DNA from: Camelus ferus
Taxonomy: Eukaryota
Reading direction: 5' to 3'
Assembly: GCF_009834535.1 (NCBI RefSeq)
Contig: NC_045696.1
Coordinates: 60,886,001 to 60,950,000, forward strand
DNA: 64,000 nucleotides
Part shown: positions 1-13,682 of the stretch, in pieces
Layout: every line of letters begins with the position of its first letter
Numbering within the stretch: position 1 is the stretch's first letter
Translations under genes and position numbers: made by a program
Notes under the pieces: generated by a model
The model's database searches: none
Told to the model about the DNA's origin: nothing
What the model saw: only the letters and a program-made list of their open reading frames with translations

Positions 1-139
1 TTTCCAAACTCTATTTTTTCCTTGACAAAAAAGTGAGCATTTAGACATATCACTTACTATATGTGTTATTAAATCTCATCTTCAGTACCCTAAAGTGTTT
101 TCAATTATATAGTACAGAAGGCAATATGGCAAGGTGTTT

Positions 140-375
140 AATGCAGGTTCTCAGGTCAGCCAGATATAGATTTGAACCCAGCTTTGTACTTACTGGCTAT
201 GCAACTTCGGACAAGTCACATTCTGGACATTCTGTGCCTCAGTACTCATTTGTAAAATGGTGATAAATTTAACATTCTTAAGGTTGCTGTGAGGAGTGAA
301 TGAGATAATTCTGGCAAAGCATCTGGATTATCATAGGCTCTCAATATTTTTCTACATTAATTTATTATTTGCTAT
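140..375 (+). mobile_element. MIR SINE (one representative of many MIR/L2 relics in the window)
   Basis: CORE-like TGTGCCTCAGTACTCATTTGTAAAATGG...GTTGCTGTGAGGAGTGAATGAGATAAT. Confidence 0.75.
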
Positions 376-1360
376 TCATGCCAATTAACTTCAACTAAAA
401 CTCCAGAGCCTGGTGGTTGTATTTCTTTATAAGACTGCCCAGTTAAAATGTGCTTTATCTGTCTCAAAGGCAATGATCACTGCAGAATACACAGAGACTT
501 TGACCAAGAAAGTTTACATAATAGGAACCTCATGCTGAAATACGTAGTTCATGCAGTAGTATGCACAATGGTGGCAGCTACTAGCTCAAAAGACAGGAAT
601 TGCTACAAACAATAGACTTTTGAACTGCTAGTTTTCAACACTATGGTGAAAAAAATAACATAAAACATGATGGGAAAAGCAATTACATAAATGGTTAGAA
701 TTCTCTGGCAAGGCTGATAAAAGTAAGACTTTTAATAAAGCTCTCATACTCATTTTCAGCTGGCGAAACAGGCAATAAAAGTAAACCAATGTTAAAAATG
801 ATCACTAGATAGCATTCCAAATTAATGTTTCCCTGAGTTTAAAACAAAAAATGAGTATGGAGGGATAATTTTAGATGTAAGTTATTTTTTAAAAGTTTAG
901 GATTTGCAGTATCTTAAAATAGGTAATAAAATAGGATGCCAAATAGACAGTTGTATAATTAGCATCAAGGAGTAAGGGAATCCATTTATCATACAGGTGA
1001 CTTATGAGACTAATTAATGATTAATAAAGTACACATGTAATTAGAAACAACATCATAAAAACTAATATACTATGCCTGCTCGCCCCAACGCACATACAAA
1101 ACCAACGTGATTCTCAATGCAAATATTTTACTTTTGGAAACACTAACAAAGATAATTTGAATCATAGCTAAAGAACACTAGAACACTAGGTAAATCACGA
1201 AGAGTAAGGCAGAGGCAGTTCTAGGTATTTGTAAAGCATTTAGTAATGATGCTCATCATGTTTTATGGTATTTAGATCATTTCTGAATGTAAAGTACAAT
1301 AGCTACTCTCCAATCTCTAGACACAGCAATGTAAAACTTCATTTTGTGCAAAGCTCTTAC

Positions 1361-1414
1361 CACTAACAAGGCACTATCATCAGTGTGCTGAGACCTTCTG
1401 GATGGGAAGGGACA
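1361..1414 (-). CDS. LRCH3: LRCH3 exon 14 (54 nt): CPFPSRRSQHTDDSALLV
   Basis: ctccag acceptor, gtaaga donor; lies within supplied ORF 1277..1462. Confidence 0.92.
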
Positions 1415-2915
1415 CTGGAGAGGTGGAGAAAAATGAAGCAATGTCAAAAACAAATTGCACACACAGGGCGTATTTCACAAATACACAAGAAAAGAGACAT
1501 ATTAAGACATACTTGTGAAGATGCTGACATACAGGACCGCATTCACATTCGTCTGGAATTCATGCATCACAATTGCTAATAAGTTGTTTCTGAGTAACAA
1601 TTTTCTTCCAAAGAGCTTAAACAACTTCAAATACAATCTTATTGCCTAAAATCTTTCTAAAGTGAGGAGGGCTCAGGGATTATCCTCTGCTCAGAGAAGA
1701 AAAACCTGAAGTATAGATGCAGCAATAACAAAGAATTTGTGGTCATGGAGTGAGCGAGGGACAAATTTAAAACAAATACAGGAATATTGATTTCTAGGCA
1801 TCTCTTTGTTACCTTTCTCAGATAAAACAAGGATACAACTGGAAATTTTAAAACTGCACATGCTATTTTCCTAGGGGCTTTAGTTTTTAGATAATGAATT
1901 ACTCCGTAATAACCATTAAGAAGGAAATGTTGGAGTGAAAAAGGAAGAATGTATTAACTAATCAAACTTTGGTCATCAAAAGTTTTTACAGAATTATTAC
2001 CATGTGAAGAAAAGACAACTGAAAATGCTTTAGTGACTCTTCAGGTATTACACCAACACATAAGTTCTCAAAGAAATAAAATGTCCAATGAGTTTTTAAA
2101 AAGCTTTATAATGGTTAATTTAAAACATTTCAAACAATATACTTTATCATTCCAGAAACACTTGTGCTTTAAAAACACTGCGCTGAAGACTGATGCTTTA
2201 TAAAAGCCCAACATGTTAGGTTTTCAAGTAACTTACTTTACAAAAAGCAAAGTCAATGCTCACATGAAATACTGCCTTTATCCACTTCTTAAGGAAGTAA
2301 TGATCATGAATTGAAAAAATGAGAAGGCAAAGATAAAGGAAAATAGCTAATGAAAAAGCCAACTACAATAAAAATACTCAGTAAGCTTCATTTTAACAGA
2401 TTCAAAATAGGTGAACATATTCTTAAAAGGTTAATAAGCAATTAATCTTACATGTTAACTTGTAATAAAAATGAACTACTTAATATTATAAAACTAATGT
2501 GTATAAAGTATAATCAATAATATACACATTTAGGAACTGAGCACTGAAGGTCAAATACTATGCAGAGTTTTTTATTTAATACTGACACCATTCACCTGTA
2601 CCAGATACAGCTCTCAGGACCATCTCTCATTACATGGTAGGTTTGAAATGGATGAGGGAGATGACACCTCTGCAGAGGATGGCAAGAGGAAAATAAATAA
2701 TCTCCTAATGGATGTGTATAGATTAAAAAACACCCAATCTATAGATCCTGATAAACTCCCTGGTCTGTGTCTTTAAGTAGAATTTTGTGAAGGGAAAAAA
2801 GAAAATGGCAGTATTTTTATCACTGACAACATATGATAATCACATGCAAAAGATTTCATTTTCATTGCAGTAATAAAAAATTTCAAAGAAAAGGTGATTG
2901 ATTATATAGACTTAC

Positions 2916-2966
2916 CTCACCATCTAAGGGGGAGTGTTGTTTTTGTGGACTTTGTGATGCTTTTTG
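2916..2966 (-). CDS. LRCH3: LRCH3 exon 13 (51 nt): QKASQSPQKQHSPLDGE
   Basis: tatag acceptor, GAG|gtaagt donor; phase 0-0. Confidence 0.88.
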
Positions 2967-4467
2967 CTATATAATCCCCACCCCCCAAAAAAGGGAAGTT
3001 GGTTAGAGTCTGGAACACTAGAAATGAAAAATTCTATTTATTAAAATAATCATATTAATTTCTGTATCTCTTGTGTATAGCACTTCTCTAGATTTACTAG
3101 TTAGAAGATGTTGCCCTTTCCCTTAAATAGCTTATAATTTAAATGAGGGAAAGCAATAAGCTGACAAAGAGTATTTTCCTATGTCTATAAGCATCTATAA
3201 ATAGAAAACTTTAAAACATATTTTTTATATGTACATGGATACAAACAAATTCAAGGAGTAGTGATCTCTCACTAAATTCTCTCAGTGAAATTATTCTCTC
3301 TTTCACTGATGGCTTTAAATATCACTCTAATGCTAAAAACTTAGTCCTCTTCTATCAGCCAAATTTCAGATTTGCATTTTAAACTACTGTGGAAATACTC
3401 TATTTGGAAATCCCACTGTAATCTCATGTTCAGCATAACCAAAAACAAACTCAATTTCCCATAACAACTGGCACTTTCCCCCAATTTGCTAGTTTCTGTT
3501 ATTATGTCAAATAATAGTATTATAACACCTGTACAGTCAATGTTTTACAATGTGTTCTTAGGCAAGAGTATCTCAAGTGATTCTTCTCACTGTGAGATAA
3601 ACAAACATCACAATCATATTCTTTTAAAGATGAGAGAACCAAGGATAGAGAGGTTGTAGATATGGGCAAGATCACAAAATTAGTTAAGTAGCATAAATGA
3701 AATTTGCATTTATGTCTTCTAACTCCAAATTGGACATTCTTTCCACAAAGCTAACTCCCGTTAAAATGACTCTTTTAGCTTCAAAATTCTGCTTTGGAAT
3801 CTTCTTTTTTTTTTCTACTCAGTGGTAGTAGGGGGTGCAGGACACACCATACTAGTAAAAGTACTAGGTGCATCCATAATAGTTTCGAAATAGTCAGTAT
3901 TTGATAGTTAAATATTACGAGGAAAATAAAAGTACAGAATGGTTCGCCAACTTTACAAAAGTCAAGCACATACTCAGTGGAAAAGCTGGAATCAAATTTA
4001 AGTATTTCTGATTCTAAGCTCTTACCACTGGGAAACACTGTCTTTCTTTAGAATCCTTAGAAATTATCTAATGTGCCTTCATTTTGCACCCTAGTCTAAC
4101 TACTGCAATTACTCTTTTTCATTTTCCTTCTTTCCTTATCTCTTCCTTTCTAATATACTCTAACATGAGTAGATTAGTTTTTCTGAAGTATCTGTCCTCT
4201 CATGTTTTTCTCCTGCTTAAGAATTTAAAACTATTCCCTTCTGCCTAACTGATCAAGATCAAACCCTAATTTGACATTTAATCAATGCTATCTACAATGT
4301 AATTATCTCTTATTAGTTATCTGACTTCTACAGAAGGCAAGCTAAATGAGTTAATTTATGTAAAATGTGTAGAACATCACTTAGGACAGTATGTGTTAGC
4401 CACTATTGTTTACTGAGAGTTAGTTTAGCATTGTGGTCATAGACCAGGGTTTGGAGCCAGCCTGTCC

Positions 4468-4965
4468 TTTTTTTTTTTCCTCCCTCCCCTTTCCAGTTTT
4501 ATTGAGATATAATTGACATACAGCATGGCATAAATTTCAGGTATACAGAATAATGATTTGACTTATGTAAATCATGAAATGATTACTGTAATAAGTTTAG
4601 TAAATATCCACTATCTCATATAGATACAAAATAAAAGAAAAAGAAAAAAATGATGAGATGATGAGAACTCAGGATTTACTCTCTTAACAACTTTTATATC
4701 TAACATACATGTTGTATATTACATCCCTGGTTCTTATTTGTCTTGTAACTGGAAATGTGTACCTTTTGACCACCTTCATCCAATTCCCCTTCCCTACGCC
4801 CTGCCTCTTGTAACCACAAATCTGACTTCTTTTTTCCTATTAGTTTGTCTGTTTGTTTATGACAAATAATTGACCTAAAACACTATGTTAGTCCCTGGTG
4901 CACAATACAGTGACTTGATATTTCTATACAATACAAATGATTACCCTGATAAGTCTAGTTACCAC
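4468..4965 (-). mobile_element. L1 3' end inserted into a MIR
   Basis: T-tract, then TTTATTGAGATATAATTGACATACAGCA; AGCCTGTC repeated at about 4459 and 5025. Confidence 0.75.
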
Positions 4966-5243
4966 CTAGACTTTAAAAAAAAGAAACTGTTTATTTTCCA
5001 TCAGTTCTTTTCCATTTTCTGTCAAGCCTGTCTTGATTAGAATCTTTGCTCTGCCACTTACTAGCTGAGTATTTAAACTGAGGCAAACTGTTACCCTCTC
5101 TGAGCATCAGAGATCATCATCATGGGCTTGATATATTTGAAAAAAATAAGAGAATTTATCATGTGTATGGTACTTAAAGAAGATATACTTTGGCTAGAGT
5201 TATGAAACACAGAGAGAAAGTATTTAGAGGCTGAATGATTTAA

Positions 5244-5305
5244 TTGTTTAATCATTTATTTAAAAAGTATTTATTTGTTTAATCATTTATTTAAAAAGTA
5301 TTTAT
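5244..5305. repeat. Perfect 31-bp tandem duplication at the tail of an L2-like element
   Basis: TTGTTTAATCATTTATTTAAAAAGTATTTAT occurs twice in tandem. Confidence 0.9.
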
Positions 5306-6100
5306 TGGGCTTTACTACTAGCTAAGACCAATGATCTTGAGATCTAGGGATACAGCAGTGAATAAACAAGACAGATACGGTCCCCGTCTTTATGGAGTTT
5401 ACAGATAAATGAGAGAGACAGATATTAAACAAACAAAAATACAAATAATTATTTAACTATAAAGAAATAATCCAAGGTAACTTCAGAACAAAAGACTTAA
5501 ATAATACAGGTAAAAAAGAAAATCAGGTTTAGGGCAACTACAGAGGCTGCAAAATGTTAAAAAAAAAAAAAAGTATTAACGAGGGTTGTTAACTGAGTAG
5601 GTGTGGAGAGAACAGAAAGGAAAAGTCAAAGATTCAGAGATTGCTGTAAAGTATTAAGCCTGTGAGCCCTGCAAATTTTTGGTATTCACTAGAGTAAGGA
5701 AGTCAGAGACAGGTTCTGATAACAACAGTTTACATTTGCGTGGGCACTTTGCGGTTTACATAGCTCTTTCACCTACATGATGCACTCAAGATTGAGGAAA
5801 CGCAGATGGACAGTAAGGTGATAATGTCTAATGACACACAGCTAATTAAGGGTAAGAGAGTATCACTGTCCTAAAAGCAAGATCAGTCACTTCTGATTGT
5901 CCTCAAGCCTATCTGCATGAGGACAATTAATCTAGTCACAAGTAGGAAACAGTTATACCCGCTGCTCAAGATTTCTTATAATTAAAATGTCAACTCTTTT
6001 TTTTTTCCATTACGACAATAAAAACTGATAGCCTAAGAAAACAAAAGCACTACTTCTGAGAAACTTTAGGAATATCATTCAATGAATCCAAAGGACTCAC

Positions 6101-6250
6101 CTTGACAAAGTCCATGACAGCATCTCTCTGAATCTGCTTGGTCCTTATTTTCTCCTCCTCATACTGTAGGGCAGCAAGCTGTGCCTCTCTCCGAGTTCGT
6201 TCTACTAACTGTTCTCTTCTCCGATGAAGTTCCAAGTCTGTATGTGATAA
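6101..6250 (-). CDS. LRCH3: LRCH3 exon 12 (150 nt): LSHTDLELHRRREQLVERTRREAQLAALQYEEEKIRTKQIQRDAVMDFVK
   Basis: ttccag acceptor, gtgagt donor; lies within supplied ORF 6050..6319; charged helical segment. Confidence 0.95.
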
Positions 6251-6638
6251 CTGGAACAAAAGTATCATTTTGTACACGCAAGTAGGGATAAAGATCAACT
6301 TATTAATATTCTTTATCAATTTGGAGAACTATTGCAAACCCAAGCAACATTTACTTTGCAGTCACCTAGCACTATTTCAGATGTGATCGCTAATCTTTTC
6401 CCATCTTTGCACTATTTTCTTATAGGTATCATAAAGCCATCATGTGGGTGAGTATTTTCTGTCTGGTGTCTAAAAACACTATTAGCAAGTACCAGGTGCA
6501 CATATTATATTAACTGTACAATCAGAGACAGGTAGTGAAATTTATAGATATTTGGCAATTAACCATAATTTAAGTATTATAAAAGAAGAAAACCATCTTA
6601 GAAAAAAAACTAAAACTGAAAAAAAAATTTTTTTTTAC

Positions 6639-6687
6639 CTGATTGTGACTTGGTGATAGTGACAAGAGAGATGGCTCAACTGGAACC
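6639..6687 (-). CDS. LRCH3: LRCH3 exon 11 (49 nt): VPVEPSLLSLSPSHNQ
   Basis: gggtcag acceptor after a T-rich tract, gtaaaa donor; restores phase 0. Confidence 0.9.
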
Positions 6688-9227
6688 CTGACCCAAAAAA
6701 GAAAGAAAGAACTCTTTGATAAGGCAGACAGGAAGATAAAAGACAAGTAAAATTTTATTGTTAATATGGTTTTCTATTAATCAGTAGGCAAATTGTCTGG
6801 TCAGCACTGAAAGACCAACTGCATTTGTAAACTTGAGCCCAAGTCATTAAATTAAGCACAGGAACACCTGATGTCTCCCACTCACATTTCATGTGATGGT
6901 ATCACTGATCAAGCTACTGACAGCTAAACACTGTCTATGTCAGCCAGTGCTGACAATACAGTTATTTGAGATCACTTTTCAAACAGTATCATTTCTTTAT
7001 AGCACATGGAACTATAATCTTCTTTACTACTATGACTGAAACAAGATACATGTAAATGGAGGTCATTTTATATACAAAGCCATTTTACCAACAAAAATCT
7101 GGAAAACTACAGAACCTGGTAACTGTACTTGTAAAGCAACCTTATTCCCATTTTTAATTGAAGAAGCAATTTTAGTAACAAAAGTAAAGGTTTTTTTTTT
7201 TTTGATTAAAAACAATGAAATCTGACTTGATGCTTAAAAAAAATTAACAATAAAAAACTTGCTTCTCAGTTTTATCAGTGTTAATTCTTATACTCTGGTA
7301 CTTATCCTTTTCCTGAACTTCATTTAGTGTCTCATAAACTAACAATGTTGGAGCAATGACTTTTTGACATTTAGGACCTGAAAGTTTAAACTATGATTAT
7401 TAGCCTGTCAGGTTGATGTAAATGCATTAACTTAGTCTGTTATCAGGGAAATAAAAACACATCCCCCAAAGCTACAGTGGTTTCTTATTATCTAACATAA
7501 TAATAATACAAATTCTTTAACCTGGCATTTACAACTCTGACTCTATTTAATAAACACACCCTGTATGGAATCTTTTCTCTAGCAAGATCTCTTCAGTTAT
7601 CAAATATTAATTCCTGAGTTCAAGCCTTTTCCAAAGACCCAATCGATGGAGATCCTGTTAGAAAGGGTCTTTTTTAGAATCTTATTTTTCTTTGATGTAC
7701 ATGTATAATCAATATTTGTTTTGCATTTATCAACTATGATTTGTGTCTTTTTTTGGACAATATTTTTCAGAGGCATATAGAAACTAATATTCCTTGAGCT
7801 ATTACCATATACTACATACATATGCCCTGTGAAGTACTTTATATTAACAGTATTTCTCAATTACCCCTCACAACAGTCTTATGGAGTAAGAACAATTATA
7901 ATCCTTTTTCTGCAGTTGAGAAGCTGAGGCATGGACATTAAGTAACTTTCTCAAGTTGATGTAGCCAGTAACTTTTGGAGCTGGATCTGAATTCTTAACT
8001 ATTTGATTTGTACTCTGTAACTACTTGGTATGCAACTGGGAACTGGAAGAGACCTCAGAAATCATGGAGTCCAAGCCACTAATTCTACAAATGAGAAAAC
8101 TGAGGCCCTCAGAGGTTAACTGATAGTTGATATTTACTAGCAGAGCCTGGATTAGAATTCAAGCTACTTTACTTGTAGTTTAGTGCTTTATATCTCCCCA
8201 CTCTACAGCCACAGAATCTAGGAAGGAGAAAGGGAGAGCACAGAGATTTAAAAGCATATGGGTATACATGCAAAAAGAGATGGCAAAAACTATAAACTGT
8301 GAAAAGTTAAAGATGGAAGCAAAGAGGGACGCATGGCATATGAGAAAATAAAAGTGGCAGTCAAGGAGAAATTTGAGAACTGACAGTTCCCCCCCGGCCA
8401 ATCAACAAGCAGTAATGTTGGCCCATTACAGCTTTGTTACTCCTTGTGTCGCCATGTTACTTCATGTTGCATGACCTTTTCATCTATGAATATGTTTCTC
8501 AATGGAAGAATCACTGACACTTCAGATAATTCTTTTGTGGTACTTGAACATTATATGTAGTTTAACCTTAATGCCTGCCAGTAACATCTGTAGTCATTTT
8601 GGCAACCAAGTCCCACAACACACATTTTTCAAATATCCCCTGAGAAGTAGTACTATTTCCTATTGTATACGGTTGAATAAGGTCTACCTTATACTTTCCT
8701 GAATTTTAAAAATGTAAGAAAATAAAAACTTAAGCTATTCTATTGTTCTCTTTTGCTCCACTTTTTTTTTTCTTATATTGGTTCCAAATCTTTGAAGTAT
8801 TTACAAAATTCTTTTTAAAAAAAATTTCTAGACATTATAAAAAAAAAAACTTTTGACAGGATAAATTAGGTTTATAATTTTTAAAAGGAACAGAATAAAT
8901 TACTTAATAACTTCCTATATGAGGTTTAAAACAACATTAAAGCTGGGAAAAAATTTCCTTAACTTTCTACTAACTCTTGCTAACTAACCTTTACCCTAGC
9001 ACTCCTAATCAGTACATCCTCAGTCAAAAGCTTTTAAGATAAGAGGAGGAGAGTGGGTTGGTAGGGTAAGATTTTTAACTGGGATATAACCAATAAAGGA
9101 GAGATAAGTTATTTCAGTACCATGTACTAGTCTTGGAGAAGAAGAACAGTACAGTGGTTAAAAACATGGATTTTAGAATTAGTCACGACTGATTTTGAAT
9201 CCAAGGCCTTTCACTTAATAGGAGGTG

Positions 9228-9541
9228 ACTGTAAATACAAATGGAAAATTCCTAGGTCTGAAAGGCACAATTTCAGAAAAGAGAAGACTCCCCCAGTGCT
9301 GGCAGAGCAAGAATTTCAAGGCTTGGAGCCTGGATATTACATCTGGGTGATGGGGCTTGCTGAGTACCAGAAGTATGGTTCCATATGGTAGCAGAGAGTG
9401 AGCTCTGCAAGGCCCTAAGCAGAGGATTAAGGCAAGCCTACCCAAACTTCTATTCTACAGAACTGTATTACAATAAACAGGGGTACTTTAAGCTGCTAAA
9501 TTTGTGGTAATTTGTTACACAAGCATTAGAAAATTAGTACA
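9228..9541 (+). mobile_element. Degenerate MaLR LTR fragment
   Basis: 3' end TAAATTTGTGGTAATTTGTTACACAAGCATTAGAAAATTAGTACA; 5' boundary uncertain. Confidence 0.55.
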
Positions 9542-10594
9542 TAAGGGAATTAATGAGGAAAGCTGGCTTTCACCTTGAGGGTGTGTACTATATCCTGGAG
9601 ATCTTGAGCTTCACTTATGATGGATGGAGGAGGTAAGAGGAACAAAAGATAAAGCCTAGGTCCACTGAATATGGGGAAACGTAACAAGAAATCCCTATAT
9701 GAAATTGGAATCTCAAATGACCACAACTTCAGTATAAGGAGACATGGCAACTAAAAAGCCATGTTGAGATATATTTCAAAGACATGAAATGTAACTGAAT
9801 CACCATGAACTAACTGGTAAGACTATAAGAAGGCCAAGTTATGAGATTTCTTTCTTTCATTATTCTCCCCACATTTTCTTTATCCACCTATAACTTAGTC
9901 TCCTCAACAACTTTAATATCCTGTCAAGTATAAGAATTATGTATGACATTTTCTACACAGTAAATTTACTGTTATCTCAGAATAGGCATATCAAGTTTTA
10001 AGACTTCATAAAAACAGAGAGGAAGCAAAAAAAAAAAATCAAAGGCTGGGAATTTCTGAACTATTGTGACACAGTGTATGGCAAGAAATGTTTTGGAATT
10101 CAAGAATAAGAAGCAGTGCTCTAAATGGTCAAGCTAATTTTAGAAATATTCTGTAAGGCACTAATTGTAGATAAAAGATCACTTTACTTGAGATAGGAAT
10201 CAGAAATAGATTGCTGTCTCTGTCTACCACTCTGTTATCTAATCGAAAGTTTAAGGGAAAAAAAATTTCAGGACTCCTGAAATTCATTTAGCTCTCTTTA
10301 TGCATAAATCCAGACATATCACCATAAAATCTCATTGCTATGAAGTACCTTCAAATCAGATAATTATACAGGTAATTTAGGTGATCTGAATTTAGAATCT
10401 AATAAATCAATTTTACTTCTTTTTCTATTACATGAGTACAAAGGCACTTCTCACTTAGCTCTTTTACATTGTACTTAAAACGCACAGTATCTAAACATCT
10501 TTATTATATATAGATCTACACAAAGCAACATCATTTCACGCTCTTATTACTGAGTTTTAAGACAGAAACAAATGAGTAGAATCAGTTTTCAAAC

Positions 10595-10671
10595 CTGTTT
10601 TGATGTAAGTATCTTCTCATGTCTTCTGTTTTTTGAAACTCCCTCATGGGTACTGGCTTGATTGGTGATGT
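10595..10671 (-). CDS. LRCH3: LRCH3 exon 10 (77 nt): TSPIKPVPMREFQKTEDMRRYLHQN(R)
   Basis: ttttttggcctag acceptor, gtttga donor; phase consistent. Confidence 0.92.
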
Positions 10672-12079
10672 CTAGGCCAAAAAAAGAAAAATGAATCAAT
10701 TTAACATAAATATTCAGAAAACTGTAATTACAGTTCACATTCACCTTGGCATTTAGGGACCTGTATATTATGCTAAAAATATTTTAACAGAATCTTCAGA
10801 TGTGAATTTTTATGTTTAAAAGCATTATAGGCCATATTACTGCTTTGGTAAACACAGAACCATTCACAATAGAAAACATTTTTTAAAAAGTAGATTTCCT
10901 TCTTACTGTATTATGTAAATTATAATGACCATACAGTAATATTTACTGAATGGTAAGAGGTTAAAGTTGGAAAGGATCTTAGAGGTCATTTAGTACAAAC
11001 TTTCATCTAGAACAGGAATTCCTACCAACCTTACCCTGACTTTTGCTCAGTCTCTCTTGAATATTTCTAGTAATAGGGAAAGTTCATTGGGCTGATTACA
11101 TTTCTTTACTTCTTCATTACCATAAATTGTTACCTATATTAGTCATATAAATAGTCCTGAGGATGTTGATGGAATAAATATCAAGATAAGGCAAAAAGTA
11201 ACTTCTATTTACAGTAAAATATGGTATTAATTAAAAGAGAAATATTGGCAAATTATTTATAAACTGAAAAGTAAAAGTTCATTTCAAAAAACATTACTGA
11301 AGAAAATCAAACTGGTTTAAGCTATATGAACTATATACTGAAAAAATAAAATTATAAATCAAAGATAGAGGCTCATAGGTTATCACAGCATGTATTTTGT
11401 CAAATGAGAATCAGTACAATGAGAAGAATACAAATGAGAAGCAATACAATCGTATTTCAACACCCAAAATAATCATCAAAATGGGTATTCTTGAAGGCAA
11501 AGAAAACAACTTATCCAAAAAAAAAAAAATCTAAGAAACAAATGTCAAACTATTTGTAATTTATCTCCAAGAAATAGGTACATCACACATAACTAGAAAA
11601 TCTGGTGAGTTATTCCGAAGGGCTAAAACTGACTCCCATAAGGTCTGGGCACAAGGATCATATTAAATGAGATACAATTCTGGGATCTTGATGAGAGAAT
11701 AATTATTCTAATTTCAGTGAATGTGACTTTTTAAATAAACAAAAATCTCTCCTGGTATGTTCACATCAGTAACCTATCACCCTGGTTTTACAATAGTGCA
11801 ATTACCTAAAACTACTGCAAGAGGTATGTGAAATTTTCATAACAAAATGAATGTAACATTGGTTTAACTTTAAAAATAAATGTTTCATATTCTATCAATA
11901 TGCCATACCCTATTTTACCACAATATTTCTATGTATGTAAGAGGTATGATAATAAAAGTAAACAATAGCAGAGTGTTTAAAATCTCAAATAGTTTAACAA
12001 CTATGTTTAGATAGTATTCAAGAATATTAAAAAACATTTTTTCACTGGTTATTAAACCATTTAAAATAATATTGCTTCA

Positions 12080-12336
12080 ACCCACAGATATAGAGAACAA
12101 CTAGTGGTTACCAGTGGGGAGAAAGAAGCAGGTAGGATCAATATAGGGGCAGAGGGGTAAGAGGTACAAACTATTAGGTAAAAAATAAGCTACAAGGATA
12201 TACTGTACAGCACAGGGAATATGGCCAATATTCTATAATCGCTATAAATGGAGTATAACCTTTAGAAATTGTGAATCACTATGTTGTAAACCTGTAGCTT
12301 GTATAATATTGTACAGCAACTATGCTTCAATTAAAA
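12080..12336 (+). mobile_element. Artiodactyl-type L1 3' end
   Basis: CACAGATATAGAGAACAACTAGTGGTTACCAG...TACTGTACAGCACAGGGAATAT...TTCAATTAAAA. Confidence 0.8.
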
Positions 12337-12848
12337 CATGTATTATATGTGTGTGTGTGTATACGTATCTACACACACACACAGATCCAGAGCCTCAAAG
12401 TTCCTGACAACAAATAAAGAAATAAAATATTGCTTCATCTTATTTTTGTAGATGCCCAGACAGCCTTGACACAAGTCATAAAGAGCCTTAAGACACAGAA
12501 TCATAAAGACTACTATACATAACACATAGATGGAATCAAAAAAACATATTACAAAATACCCAATATAATGGATAAACATACATTTTAAATTCTTCACCAG
12601 TAGTATTTTCACTTCTAGTAGAAATACTTCATCTACACAGCCTAATTAACCATAAAATGGTCAAAGAGAAAGACCACAAGAAAAGAAAAAGGATTCCCTT
12701 TAAGATTATACTGTGCATTGTTGATATAAATTTTATTGCAGAAGCAGTTGCCCTTTGCTCCAGCAGAAATGCTTACAGCCTGAACCACAAGTGGTTTCAT
12801 TTATCACTAGTACACACTGCTATCTCTAGGCTGCAGGACTTTGATTTA

Positions 12849-13682
12849 CAACAATCCACTTTATCTGCTGGTTTCATTTTTTGAGGTTTCAGTCAACCAC
12901 AGTCAACCATGGTCTGAAAATATTAAGTGAAAAGTGTCAGAAATAAACAATTCAAAAGGTTTATTATGCACATCATTCTGAGCAGTGTGATGAAACCTCA
13001 TGCTGGCCGGCTCCGTCACACCTGGGATGTGAATCATCCCTTTATCCAGTGTATCCCGCCTTTTAGTCTCTTAGTCACTGGATGGATTAGTCTCGGTTAT
13101 CTGATCAACTGTCATGGTACGGTAGTGCTTGTGTTCAAGTGATGCTATTTTACTAATAATGGCCCCAAGTGCAAGAGTAGTGACATTGGCAATTTGAATA
13201 TGCTGAAGAGAAGCCGTAAAGTGCTTCCTTTAAGTGAGAAGATGAAAGTTCTTGACTTAATAGGGAAAGAAAAAAAAATGTATCCTGAGGTAAGATCTAT
13301 GATAAGAACAAATCTTCTATTCATGAAATTGTGAATAAGGAAAAATGCTAATTTTGCTGTCGCATTTCAAACTGCAAAAGTTACAGCACAGTGTATGATA
13401 AATGCTTAGCTAAGATGGAAAAGAAATTAAATTTTTACAATAAGGTATTTTAAGAGAGACCATATTCACATAGCTTTTATTATCATATATTGTTATAATT
13501 GTTCCATTTTATTATTATTATTCTTAATCTTTAACTGTGCCTAACTTACAAATTAAACTTTACCACAGGTATGTATGTACAGGAAAAAACACAGTACATA
13601 TAGGGCTCCGTATCATGCCTGGTTTTAGGCATCCACTGGAGGTCTTGGATCATATCCCCCACATACAAGGCGGGGACTACTT
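12849..13682 (+). mobile_element. MER44/Tigger7-type TcMar DNA transposon (internally deleted)
   Basis: TA flanks; TIR-like end AAGGCGGGGACTAC; transposase N-terminal remnant (KRSRKVLPLSEKMKVLDLI) near 13160-13280. Confidence 0.85.

Noticed and set aside
1500..1580. Possible intronic snoRNA or miRNA upstream of exon 14 (GTGATG... on the minus strand)
   Set aside because: Box C is imperfect, I see no properly placed terminal CTGA, and the pairing is short and bulged.
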